Assembly: GCA_965219535.1 (NCBI GenBank)
Contig: CBDCNV010000002.1
Location: 780,001-812,000 of the forward strand
Source of the DNA: Opitutales bacterium
Lineage (GTDB): Bacteria > Verrucomicrobiota > Verrucomicrobiia > Opitutales > PNEW01
Reading direction: 5' to 3'
DNA: 32,000 nt
Below, piece after piece: positions 1 to 8,667 of this stretch (the stretch's first letter is position 1; every line of letters begins with the position of its first letter). The notes under the pieces were generated by a model. It saw nothing but the letters and a program-made list of their open reading frames with translations. It was not told where the DNA came from and did not search any database. The position numbers and the translations under genes are program-made.

Positions 1-728
1 GGAAATGAGCGGAATTGAAAACCGAGCAAATCTTCCGCTTCTATGGATAAATCTGCGCCAGAAAAGGTGGCGGTAAATGGCGATGTTCCAATGGTAAAAT
101 CATCACCCGAAGGTTGGAGTGTAGCAAAGTAAGTAAAGACCGTGTTGTTCCTTGGTCCATCGATGAGGGTATAACCCACATCGTCGATGGCTAATTTACC
201 CGTTACATTCAAGATATTAATTTGATGTATACCGTCAAAGTAGTTGAGATCCTCTAAATCCAGAAAACTGCCACTGAAGGCAACGATACTTTGCAGCGGA
301 GGATTGGATTCAGGGTTGATGCTGTTTGGAAAGCCTGAAAAATTACCCTGCTGAGTTATAAGAAAATCTTCTCCAGAACCAGAAGCAGTTCCCTCAATTC
401 TTCGAGCCTCGATCCTAGCGGTACCCGTGGTATCAGCCAAGTAGAATTCGATTTCAGCAATCCCTTTTCTCGTGAAGATCCTTCCCTCCTGGCCAGGCGC
501 CAGGGTTATAGCTTTCGTACCCGAGTGCAAGAGACTCGGGTCCTCTAACGTTTCTACGGTAAACCCAATAAATTGAATATCATTAGGCGGATCACCGAGT
601 AAAATGTCTACCGAACCTTCGGCATCTTCAAAATCTAAAAAAACTTCCTGGTCCTGTGGAAGCGCTAGGAGAAGAAGTGGAAAAAAAAGTGAAAGTAGCG
701 ATACGGATACGAGATTTTTTATGCGCAT
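1..728 (-). CDS. Secreted protein, N-terminal part only (gene continues past the left edge); tandem paralog of 1216..3447
   Basis: Absent from the ORF track because no stop lies in the window. Minus-strand translation from ATG (complement of 726-728) gives MRIKNLVSVSLLSLFFPLLLLALPQDQEVFLDFEDAEGSVDILLGDPPNDIQFIGFTVETLEDPSLLHSGTKAITLAPGQEGRIFTRKGIAEIEFYLADTTGTARIE... I checked every codon and the frame is open down to position 1. The N-terminus looks like a signal peptide. By eye, roughly half the residues match the N-terminal module of the neighbouring 743-aa protein (FxDFEDAxG, HSGxKA, GQEG, FYxADT, VAFSG line up). Confidence 0.75.
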   Translation of the reverse strand, partial: MRIKNLVSVSLLSLFFPLLLLALPQDQEVFLDFEDAEGSVDILLGDPPNDIQFIGFTVETLEDPSLLHSGTKAITLAPGQEGRIFTRKGIAEIEFYLADTTGTARIEARRIEGTASGSGEDFLITQQGNFSGFPNSINPESNPPLQSIVAFSGSFLDLEDLNYFDGIHQINILNVTGKLAIDDVGYTLIDGPRNNTVFTYFATLQPSGDDFTIGTSPFTATFSGADLSIEAEDLLGFQFRSF

Positions 729-1021
729 TTTGACCCATTAATTTGAATTAAACCCTGAATTTCTGTTAATGCATACGACTGCTGTTTTTAGACAAGTAAC
801 GGTAAAAAATGCAGGTTTCAACAGATAATTAAGATTTCTGTTATTTTTTTGGAATCGGCCTTCGATTTAGCATACGGAGGTGAAGAGATGAATTATTCGA
901 ACCGGTACGAGGGCCATATTCGCTTGTCGTCCATTGCCTGCGGTCACATCAGCATCGATATACGATTTACGAGTTACGATGTGCGATGTAAGAAGGATGG
1001 ACAACGACAGTCCGATCCATC

Positions 1022-1136
1022 CTCTTGTCATCGCGAAGGAGGCGAAGCAGACTGCGGCGATCCAGGGGAATGTCTATTGCGCAACGTTAGTCCCCTGGAA
1101 TGGAAGATGTCGCTACGCTTCTCGCAATGACAAGAG
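1022..1136. repeat. 115-nt element bounded by 15-nt imperfect inverted repeats with an inner 9-bp stem (long hairpin, MITE/REP-like)
   Basis: ctcttgtcatcgcga (1022-1036) and tcgcaatgacaagag (1122-1136) are complementary at 14 of 15 positions. The inner tccagggga (1061-1069) pairs perfectly with tcccctgga (1091-1099). The loop contains the palindromes TTGCGCAA and AACGTT. A separate 8-bp hairpin, aggatgga/tccatcct (994-1001 / 1016-1023), abuts the element. Confidence 0.5.
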
Positions 1137-1181
1137 AACAATTACAAGATTGAGGGTGATTTAATATAACCGTTAGGCACA

Positions 1182-1209
1182 ATCCGCAATCCGCATTCCC
1201 AAATCCGCA
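1182..1209. repeat. Heptamer repeat ATCCGCA (3 copies) abutting the stop codon of the 1216..3447 gene
   Basis: ATCCGCA occurs at 1182-1188, 1189-1195 and 1203-1209. The stop codon (complement of 1216-1218) follows 7 nt later. Confidence 0.5.
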
Positions 1210-1215
1210 ATTGAA

Positions 1216-3447
1216 TCACTCTATCGTCAACTCTTCGGTCGTCACAGTTATCGCATCCCCATCTTCATTGGCAAAAGACGCGACAATACTCTGAGTCGGC
1301 TGAGGGGTTTCATCGGACTTGAAGTTATTCTGAGAGATCAAGGTCTCAAACCCTGGGGTTGTCGATCCACTCTCCGCGACCACAACCGCGGCATCATTGG
1401 CCTGCGCCAGGTCTCCACCAGTGATTCGCAAACCGGGGTTTCCCGCCGGTACCGTAAAGGATCCTGTGCCAAACAGTATATGTGGTACTGCATCGCCACT
1501 GGCATCGATGTCACCTACCGTTAGCCGTACTGCGATAGGGGTACCTCGCGCATCCACGCCTATCTTGCCGGTGCTTCCACTGAAGACGGTGTTCGACAGC
1601 TGCATCCCACCCATTCCCGTGGAGTTGATCACTTCCACCAACGAGACGTCAGCCTGGGCGTCATAGACTTGGCCTTCGGGGAACAGTGCCTGGTTCACGG
1701 CGTTGATCTTTCCTACTGTGAAGATGCTGAAGAAGGTATTGGCGTCCGCTCCTTCGATGACCACACTCGGCTTTCCCGTCACGTACTCCACGGCCTGGTT
1801 GTAGCGAGGGGGCAGAGCCGGGGGCAGGAAGGTGGCCGGGTCGAGGGTGACGGTAAAAGTCCCAGCGCCTGAGAACTCTACCTGCACAATGTCCTCGTTT
1901 TCATCCATAAAGGAAACGCGGGTGATCTGATTCGGTTTCGCCTGGAGTTGGACGAACTCACCGGTTAATAAGATCTGGTCGAAGACGTTCCCGTTGGGAT
2001 GCTGGATATTCTCACCGGCGATATCACCTGATCCATCGAGGACGAGCGGCACGGGAGGGGCGGTCACGGTTATGACCGCGGTATCACTGTCAGTGCTTCC
2101 ACCGGCATTGCTTACCTGTGCCCAGAAATTGGTGCTAACGGTGAGCGCACCGGTCGTTAAGGTGGTGCTCGTAGCACCGGCGACAGGAGCTGCGGTGTCA
2201 CCGCTGTTACCGGTGTACCACTGGTAAGTCAGATCGTCACCGCTCGCGGCGACGGACAAGGCAATCGCGGTGCCGGGCTGTACTTCCTGGCTCGCGGGCT
2301 GAGTCGTAATAGTTGGACCCGTTACCGGGGGTGGTCCACCACTTCCCGGAGCACCGACTGGGGTAAAGCCAAAATCATCAATGACATTATGCAGAACATT
2401 CCCCTGGAAGGAAGTTGCCGGGCCATTGGTGTATTCAATTCGTCCAATCCCTTCAGGGGCTCCCAAGTCTGCAGCAATGAATGAAAAGAAAGTGAACGGT
2501 TCGGCGAACTCATGACTGATACTCAGTGGGAGATCCGATGTCGAAGTGAGCAGGTTGTCGTTCGTGTCATAAACCAGTAATTCACCGTCTTCTGGAACAA
2601 ATACCGCGGCGTAGAATTCGACCTTGGCGGCTGGCGTTTCGAAAGTAATTGTTCCCAAACCAGTGCCTCCGAATGATATGTCTTCGACTCTCCATGATCC
2701 TAAAGGATCCTGGTCTTGAGTCCCACTTAAGGTGGGCAGGGTGTGATTAAATTGAGAGAACCCCCCATTGCCCGAGGCGATACCGCCGGAAAAGTTCGCG
2801 GTAAAAGGGGATACCCCTATATCAAAGTTTACCCGGTTAGCGAATACGGGATTTTGCGTAAATACCTGGAAGTCCTCGAAGTGGGTATTATTGGGTGGTC
2901 CAACGACATAGGTGAATCCGAGATCATCGAGAGAAAACTGTCCGGACACATTTATAATTTTTAACTCCCTGATTCCGCCCGTAAAATTAAGATCTGACAA
3001 ATCATTTATATCGCCACTGAAGGCGACAAAACTTTGTAACTGGGGGTTTGCCCCGGGGCTGATATTCGTTGGCAATCCTTCGACAACGCCTTGTGGGGAT
3101 AACTCGATTTTATTTCTGTCTCTCAGTTCAATACGTCCGCCGCCATCAGTATCAGCTGCATAGAATTGGAGATTTTGAACACCTCTTTCAAAGATGATGG
3201 TCCCCTCTTGTCCGGCCCCCAACATCAAGGCCTTTGATCCGGAGTGATAGAGAGCGGGATTTCCCACGGATTGGAGGGTGAAACCTACTGCCGTAATATT
3301 ATTGGGCGGTTGGCCGAAAAATAATGTTCCTTCACCGTCGGCATCTTCAAAATCATAAAAGGTGTCGAGATTTTCTGGTATCGCATGAAGGATGAGCGGA
3401 AGTGATAAAAGTAGGAGTGTAATTAAGTGAGATTTGGATGTACGCAT
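1216..3447 (-). CDS. Secreted multidomain protein: signal peptide, two related beta-sandwich-like modules, one Ig-like domain, and a C-terminal region of unknown function
   Basis: The ORF track gives 1216..3537. I prefer the internal ATG at 3447, because MRTSKSHLITLLLLSLPLILHA is signal-peptide-like and the 30 codons upstream are not. Module 1 is about nt 3366-2899 and module 2 about 2886-2362. The Ig-like domain is nt 2322-2059 (TITTQPASQEVQPGTAIALSVAASGDDLTYQWY...WAQVSNAGGSTDSDTAVITV), which shows the QPxSQ / YQW / VSNxxGS pattern of bacterial Ig-like repeats. I recognise no C-terminal sorting signal. Confidence 0.8.
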   Translation of the reverse strand: MRTSKSHLITLLLLSLPLILHAIPENLDTFYDFEDADGEGTLFFGQPPNNITAVGFTLQSVGNPALYHSGSKALMLGAGQEGTIIFERGVQNLQFYAADTDGGGRIELRDRNKIELSPQGVVEGLPTNISPGANPQLQSFVAFSGDINDLSDLNFTGGIRELKIINVSGQFSLDDLGFTYVVGPPNNTHFEDFQVFTQNPVFANRVNFDIGVSPFTANFSGGIASGNGGFSQFNHTLPTLSGTQDQDPLGSWRVEDISFGGTGLGTITFETPAAKVEFYAAVFVPEDGELLVYDTNDNLLTSTSDLPLSISHEFAEPFTFFSFIAADLGAPEGIGRIEYTNGPATSFQGNVLHNVIDDFGFTPVGAPGSGGPPPVTGPTITTQPASQEVQPGTAIALSVAASGDDLTYQWYTGNSGDTAAPVAGATSTTLTTGALTVSTNFWAQVSNAGGSTDSDTAVITVTAPPVPLVLDGSGDIAGENIQHPNGNVFDQILLTGEFVQLQAKPNQITRVSFMDENEDIVQVEFSGAGTFTVTLDPATFLPPALPPRYNQAVEYVTGKPSVVIEGADANTFFSIFTVGKINAVNQALFPEGQVYDAQADVSLVEVINSTGMGGMQLSNTVFSGSTGKIGVDARGTPIAVRLTVGDIDASGDAVPHILFGTGSFTVPAGNPGLRITGGDLAQANDAAVVVAESGSTTPGFETLISQNNFKSDETPQPTQSIVASFANEDGDAITVTTEELTIE

Positions 3448-3509
3448 GGTCTTTTTCCTATTAGATAAGTTCACACTAGCAACAACAATACGCCGCCTAG
3501 TATTTAGAA

Positions 3510-3537
3510 TACATACTGAGGGAAAATGTTCCGTCAA
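3510..3537 (-). promoter_or_regulatory. Candidate sigma70-type promoter for the 1216..3447 gene
   Basis: The minus strand reads TTGACG (3537-3532), 16 nt, then TATGTA (3515-3510), about 60 nt upstream of the ATG at 3447. This is a pattern match only. Confidence 0.25.
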
Positions 3538-3693
3538 CGCCTAAAAAAACTGTATAATTTAAGCGATAATATCGATTCAAGTCCTGATAAAAGGAGGACG
3601 AGATTACTCTCAATTCAAGTATTTCAGCCCTTAAAACTAACGGGGTTTTGGGAATTATTCGTCGTATTCAAAACGCTTATAACAGAAACGATA

Positions 3694-3924
3694 TTATTTG
3701 CCGAGGACCTTGCGGCGACTTGCCCACCAGCGATCACGGTGGTTGCGCACCCAGTCGAGTAAAGCGCGTTCAAAGCCGATATCATGCCCCACTTTCTCTG
3801 ATTCCACCCTTTTGAGTTTCAGGATTTCATCTCGCTCCGCGGAAAACGCCGCGTAGAGAGTAGACCTTCTCAATAACTCATGGGTACTTCTCTCACGCGC
3901 AATATGTCGTTTCATTTTTAACAT
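3694..3924 (-). CDS. Small conserved hypothetical protein (76 aa)
   Basis: ATG-initiated ORF flanked by very AT-rich DNA. The C-terminal half, ILKLKRVESEKVGHDIGFERALLDWVRNHRDRWW, fits a motif I recognise from small bacterial proteins (K-x-x-x-SEK-x-G-x-D-I-G ... A-x-x-DW-x-x-x-H). I cannot recall the family name, so I assign no function. Confidence 0.5.
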   Translation of the reverse strand: MLKMKRHIARERSTHELLRRSTLYAAFSAERDEILKLKRVESEKVGHDIGFERALLDWVRNHRDRWWASRRKVLGK

Positions 3925-4241
3925 GGAAATAATAATGATCTATAACAATTAGAGTATCGAAATGAAAAAATGTTTCATATTTACAAGTGTTAATAGAATG
4001 AAGAATTATGTAGGTAATTAAAATCGTCGGTCTACGGTCAAACTTTAGATGAAAACGAGGGCAATGATTTTCAATGAGGAAAAATATGAATAAAATAAAT
4101 AAAGGATACCTACTTCGTGCGATAAGATTTAATAGAGTTTAGAGATGAGACAAATAGCGGAAATATAATCCCCTTTTGTATTAATTTATAATATTTCCTT
4201 GGGCTTGACTTGAGAGCGGGGCAATGGGCAAACTTTGATTT

Positions 4242-5228
4242 ATGCAGTTGGGTCGTGAACGTGAATTCATCCTTTTTGGCTTATCGCCGGAGGAAAGATC
4301 GTGGCGCGGGGTGGGATTGCTGGCCGGCGTAATATTTGGCACTTTAGTTATCGCAGCGATTGTCAGTCCCTGGATCTACTGGGGAGTATTGGCTTGGGCT
4401 AAGTCGGCACCCAATGAATTGAACCTCTACCTCGGGGAGAAAGACTTTCCCCGTTATTTTGACCGCTTGCGGTGGTTGTCTGTTATCCTGCTCTTACCCT
4501 GGCTTCTAAAAAGGTGCGGGTTATTCTCCTGGTCCTCATTGGGGTATGCTTCTTCTCGCAGCGAATGGCGATCAGGCTTGAACTGGTTTGGGGTGGGCCT
4601 GGCGATGCTCGCCCTCGTCGCGCTGGTTCAGATTTTTACGGTGGGATTAAATATAAAATTATCGCTTATCTCAGGTGAGTTTGTTGCCGTATTAATGATT
4701 GGGCTTATGAGTGGGTTATTAGTTGCATTCGTCGAAGAAACAGTCTTTCGCGGTGTCGTCTTTAGAATGTTTTATACGGCTATTAGCCCCATTGCCGCCG
4801 TGATCGTCAGCGCATTATTGTTCGCGGCATTACATTTCAAAAAAGTACCCGGCAGTATAGGGATCGATGATACGGTAACCCTGGGTAGCGGCTTTTACGT
4901 TGGATTTTGGGTAATGCTTAGCGTGTTCACGACCTTCGAGGTTTTTAAATTTATCAATCTCTTTTTTGCCGGTTTAATGTTAAACTTCCTGTTCTTAAAA
5001 TCCCGATCATTATTACCCTGTATCGGCTTGCATGCGGGTTGGGTTTTCTTTCGCGCAGTTTACCGTAAATTCGCTGAAACAAATAACGATGCACCGGTTT
5101 TTATCTGGGGTAGCGAAACGGTTATCAACGGTGTGTTCCCAACCTTAATTATGGGTATTTTTGTCCTGGCCTTAGGCTACCGCTATTATCATGAGACCCC
5201 TCGTATCGAAAGTAAGTCTATGGTCTGA
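4242..5228 (+). CDS. CPBP family intramembrane glutamic endopeptidase (CAAX protease/Abi-like)
   Basis: Polytopic membrane protein with CPBP motif 1 EExxxR (VEETVFRGV), motif 2 FxxxH (FAALHF) and a later conserved His (GLHAGWVF). Confidence 0.8.
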   Translation: MQLGREREFILFGLSPEERSWRGVGLLAGVIFGTLVIAAIVSPWIYWGVLAWAKSAPNELNLYLGEKDFPRYFDRLRWLSVILLLPWLLKRCGLFSWSSLGYASSRSEWRSGLNWFGVGLAMLALVALVQIFTVGLNIKLSLISGEFVAVLMIGLMSGLLVAFVEETVFRGVVFRMFYTAISPIAAVIVSALLFAALHFKKVPGSIGIDDTVTLGSGFYVGFWVMLSVFTTFEVFKFINLFFAGLMLNFLFLKSRSLLPCIGLHAGWVFFRAVYRKFAETNNDAPVFIWGSETVINGVFPTLIMGIFVLALGYRYYHETPRIESKSMV

Positions 5229-5934
5229 TCGCTTGCTCGATCTTATTTATCCACGAAATTGTGTTGTAACGGGTTATCCGGTAAGTGGGGGTGCCTATCG
5301 TTATCTTAGCGATGAAAGCTTGCGTGAACTTTATCGCGTGGAACCTCCCTACTGTCCGAATTGTGGCCAACCATTTTACGGAAGAATTATCAGCGCGCGC
5401 AACTGCCCTCATTGTAAAGATCTCAACCCGGTCTTTAAAAGAGGTCGCAGTCTCTTACTCTATCGAGGATTAGGCCGTACCCTCATCCATGAGTTAAAAT
5501 ATAAAGGCGCTCGTTATTTACTGGAAGATATTAAAGAAATAATCCGCGGGGCGTCAGCTATCAGTGAGTATCTTGAAAACGCAATTCTAGTGCCGGTACC
5601 GCTTCACCGCAGAAAGCTAAGAGAACGCGGTTTTAACCAAAGCCGTCTTATCGCCGAATGTTTTGCGGAGGTCGCGGCGGGAATTCCCGTCGTCGATGCT
5701 TTAGAGCGGGATATTGATACAGCATCACAAACCCGTCTCAACCGTCGGGATCGTCAGCGTAATGTAAAAAATGCCTTTTCTTTGTCTAAAAAAACTGCTT
5801 TAATAAAAAACAGTAGAATTATTGTCGTAGATGATGTATTTACCACCGGTCATACGCTTAATGCTTGCTGCACCGTGCTTCGCCGTGCAGGTTATAAGCA
5901 GCTAGACGTCTTGACGCTGGGGCACGGTCAATAG
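5191..5934 (+). CDS. comF: ComF family protein (phosphoribosyltransferase-like, ComFC type)
   Basis: N-terminal Cys pairs (CPNCG...CPHC), LVPVPLHRRKLRERGFNQS, and a C-terminal PRTase motif IIVVDDVFTTGHT. The ATG at 5191 overlaps the CPBP gene by 38 nt, so the true start could be further downstream. Confidence 0.85.
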   Translation: MRPLVSKVSLWSDRLLDLIYPRNCVVTGYPVSGGAYRYLSDESLRELYRVEPPYCPNCGQPFYGRIISARNCPHCKDLNPVFKRGRSLLLYRGLGRTLIHELKYKGARYLLEDIKEIIRGASAISEYLENAILVPVPLHRRKLRERGFNQSRLIAECFAEVAAGIPVVDALERDIDTASQTRLNRRDRQRNVKNAFSLSKKTALIKNSRIIVVDDVFTTGHTLNACCTVLRRAGYKQLDVLTLGHGQ

Positions 5935-6048
5935 AATTGGCTGATGCGTCATCTAACCTGAACGTAATTATAGTTTTGCACCAACCAATTTAAAGGAGCT
6001 CTTTTTCCCTCTTCAAATTATACGGATAAATTTCAATATACTTTTACC

Positions 6049-6912
6049 ATGGCCTTTTTCAGCAAACCGAAATACTCGACTGTCGTTGTAAAAAATAAAA
6101 AGGATATACCAGAGAATCTGTATACTTCGTGTCCTCTCTCGGGAGAAATAGTATACAATAAAGAACTGGAGAAAAATTTAATGGTTGTCCCAAAAAGCGG
6201 ATACCATTTTCCTCTTAAAGCTTACAAACGAATTGAAACGATTGTCGACGAAGACACCTTTCAAGAGTACGACAGTGAGATGACTTCCGTCGATGTACTT
6301 AATTTTGAAGGTTACAAAGATAAGCTGGTGAAAGACCAGAAAAAGTCGGGGATGTTTGAGGCGGTAGTGAGTGGTATTGGTAAAATTGGTGAGATAACGA
6401 CATCGCTGGGAGTGATGGATTTTCGTTTTCAAGGAGCGAGTATGGGATCCGTGGTTGGTGAAAAGATTACCCGTACCATTGAGCGTGCGGTCGAGATGAA
6501 ATGCCCGCTCGTTATTGTCGCTGCATCTGGAGGTGCGCGCATGCAAGAAGGCATACTCAGTTTAATGCAAATGGCTAAGACGAGTGCGGCGCTGGCGAAA
6601 TTAAACGAATCCAGATTGCCCTATATTTCAATACTTACTAATCCCACCTACGGTGGTGTATCTGCCAGTTTTGCCTCCCTTGGAGACGTAATCCTTGCGG
6701 AACCGCGCGCCCTGATCGGGTTTGCCGGTAAAAGGGTGATTAAGGAAGGCACGAAAGAGGAATTACCTGATAAATTTCAGACCGCAGAGTTTCTGCTTGA
6801 ACACGGTCTTCTCGATCAGATTGTACCGCGCAGTCAAATTCGCGGCCGCCTTATTTCACTGCTTCATGCCCTTTATTCAGGTGTAGAGTCGGTGAACGGG
6901 AGAAATAATTAA
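6049..6912 (+). CDS. accD: Acetyl-CoA carboxylase carboxyltransferase beta subunit
   Basis: Collinear with E. coli AccD: [55 protein letters not shown]. The classical accD-folC gene order is also present. Confidence 0.95.
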   Translation: MAFFSKPKYSTVVVKNKKDIPENLYTSCPLSGEIVYNKELEKNLMVVPKSGYHFPLKAYKRIETIVDEDTFQEYDSEMTSVDVLNFEGYKDKLVKDQKKSGMFEAVVSGIGKIGEITTSLGVMDFRFQGASMGSVVGEKITRTIERAVEMKCPLVIVAASGGARMQEGILSLMQMAKTSAALAKLNESRLPYISILTNPTYGGVSASFASLGDVILAEPRALIGFAGKRVIKEGTKEELPDKFQTAEFLLEHGLLDQIVPRSQIRGRLISLLHALYSGVESVNGRNN

Positions 6913-6960
6913 TTGAAGTATTTTTTAGCCGACGCTTAACTCACTCGCCTAAGGTGAGGA

Positions 6961-8268
6961 ATGCCGACTGCACATTTCAGTAATTACCCCGAAGTCAAAG
7001 ACTACCTCTACGGCCTGAGGTATAAAGGCGCTAAATATGGTATCGAGCGGATGCAACTTTTTGCAGAAGTTCTGGGTCACCCTGAGCAGAAGTTTCCCAT
7101 CATTCATGTTGCGGGGACAAATGGCAAGGGTTCTACCTGTGCGATGCTGGAATCTATTTATCGACAGGGGGGATTAAAAACCGGTCTCTTTACTTCTCCT
7201 CATCTCGTATTTCAGGGTGAACGCATCCAGGTAAATCGTCAGATTCTTAATCACGATTTGATTTTGCAATACACAAATGAATTAAAAGAAACAGCAGACA
7301 CCCTGGCAAAAAAAGATGCCGATGATCACCCCACATTTTTTGAGTTTATGACCGCAATGGCATTCCTTCATTTTCAAAGGGAATCTGTTGATATCGGCAT
7401 TTTTGAAACAGGTTTAGGTGGCCGGCTCGATTCAACAAATGTCGTCAACCCTGAAATTACGGTAATTACTTCGATCAGTCTCGACCATGTTAACATACTG
7501 GGCGATACGATCGAAAAAATCGCGGTGGAAAAAGGAGGAATCATTAAGGATAAGAAACCCGTGGTGCTCGGTCACCTCCCCCGTGAGGCAGAAAAAGTTA
7601 TTCGTGAAATTGCCAAAGCGCGTAGCGCTCCCGTATACAGTATAAGGGAACGCTATAATAATGGCGCAGTAGATTATCCACAGACAAACCTTCACGGTGT
7701 ATACCAGCGTTATAATGCGGCGACTTCGATGATTGTTTGTGATCTTCTGCATGAGAAATTCCCCCTTACAGAAAACCAGGTCGAGGAGGGACTGCAGACT
7801 GTCAAGTGGCCTGGTCGTTGGGAGGAGCATTCGATTGATTCAAAAACATTAATTCTAGATTCGTCTCATAATCCCGAGGGAGCTGAAATGCTGGCGAGCA
7901 ACTTAGAAAAACTGGTGCTTACGACAGGATGTAAGCCGGTTGTCCTTGCAGGTACGCTGGGAGAATTTCGTGCGGAAGTGCTTATGCCGGTTGTCGCTCG
8001 TTACGCGCGTGAGATAATTCTTCTAAGACCCAATCAACCGCGCTCTTGTACCTTTGAGATACTGGAAAAATATATACCCAAAAGCTACGAGGGTGAGATC
8101 CGGCAGGCGGAAGTAAAAGACATATTCCCTTTTCCCGGATTCTGTAGCGCAGGAGAGGAGGGAGACACTTTAGTGGCAACGGGAACAATCTATCTCATCG
8201 GGGAGATTTTAGAAGCGCTTACCTATGATCTGCCAGTTGAAGAGCAAAGTCTTCAGGATTTACCCTGA
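6961..8268 (+). CDS. folC: Bifunctional folylpolyglutamate synthase / dihydrofolate synthase
   Basis: Mur-ligase P-loop HVAGTNGKGST, ETGLGGRLDSTNV, HNPEGA, and a position immediately downstream of accD. Confidence 0.9.
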   Translation: MPTAHFSNYPEVKDYLYGLRYKGAKYGIERMQLFAEVLGHPEQKFPIIHVAGTNGKGSTCAMLESIYRQGGLKTGLFTSPHLVFQGERIQVNRQILNHDLILQYTNELKETADTLAKKDADDHPTFFEFMTAMAFLHFQRESVDIGIFETGLGGRLDSTNVVNPEITVITSISLDHVNILGDTIEKIAVEKGGIIKDKKPVVLGHLPREAEKVIREIAKARSAPVYSIRERYNNGAVDYPQTNLHGVYQRYNAATSMIVCDLLHEKFPLTENQVEEGLQTVKWPGRWEEHSIDSKTLILDSSHNPEGAEMLASNLEKLVLTTGCKPVVLAGTLGEFRAEVLMPVVARYAREIILLRPNQPRSCTFEILEKYIPKSYEGEIRQAEVKDIFPFPGFCSAGEEGDTLVATGTIYLIGEILEALTYDLPVEEQSLQDLP

Positions 8269-8315
8269 ATAGGAATCGGTGATCAGCCGCCGGCGCTTCG
8301 CTATGGCGTGGCGAG

Positions 8316-8336
8316 GTGAACAGTGAACAGTGAATG
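8316..8336. repeat. Heptamer micro-repeat GTGAACA (2 copies plus a degenerate third)
   Basis: gtgaaca (8316-8322), gtgaaca (8323-8329), gtgaatg (8330-8336). The GC-rich string gccgccggcgcttcgctatggcgtggcgagg precedes it. Confidence 0.4.
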
Positions 8337-8437
8337 AGATTTTGCTCATACTATCCACACCGAAGCAATGTTGTCGATTGAATAGAATAATGCAGTAACC
8401 AGCGAGCGGTGGGACATTTACACGTAAAAATGATAAA

Positions 8438-8667
8438 GCCCCAGAGGGGCTAAAGCAATTAGCCAGGGGTTTTAACCCCTGGAATAAGAGTTAAAAAAGC
8501 GCCCTGAAGGGGTGCAGGCAAACAAGCAATAGTGGAAAGGCAGCAGATGTTCCCGATAGTTATATTTATTTTACCTCCGCCCATTCAGGGCGGGTGTGTT
8601 AGGATCTTTAATCCAGAGGTTTCGCTTTGCTTCACCTCTGGCTACCTTCCTTAGCTCCCTTTGGAGC
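8438..8667. repeat. Array of six short GC-rich hairpins in the convergent folC / purA-like intergenic region
   Basis: The six stems are:
- gcccc-aga-ggggc (8438-8450)
- ccagggg(tt)-tt-(aa)cccctgg (8463-8482)
- gcgccc-tgaag-gggtgc (8499-8515)
- ccgccc-attca-gggcgg (8577-8593)
- ccagaggt-13 nt-acctctgg (8613-8641)
- gctcc-cttt-ggagc (8654-8667). Confidence 0.55.
8493..8515 (-). terminator. Candidate intrinsic terminator (minus strand) about 200 nt downstream of the purA-like gene
   Basis: The minus strand reads gcacccc-ttca-gggcgc followed by TTTTTT (plus strand: A6 at 8493-8498, then the hairpin at 8499-8515). It is one of the six hairpins in the array, so a terminator role is only one possible reading. 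Confidence 0.35.

Noticed and set aside
1036-1062. GAAGGAGGCGAAGCAGAC string, reminiscent of the SRP (4.5S) RNA GGAAGGAAGCAGCC motif
   Set aside because: The flanking sequence lacks the conserved GUCAGGUCC and the symmetric-loop partners, and the overall fold does not match.
849-1164. Track ORFs 849..1130 and 934..1164 (93 and 76 aa) in the spacer between the paralogs
   Set aside because: Both start at weak codons and overlap each other. They are read-throughs of the hairpin and heptamer repeats (peptides such as VIAKEAKQTAAIQ...RYASRNDKR), so I treat the region as a repeat or structured region, not as coding.
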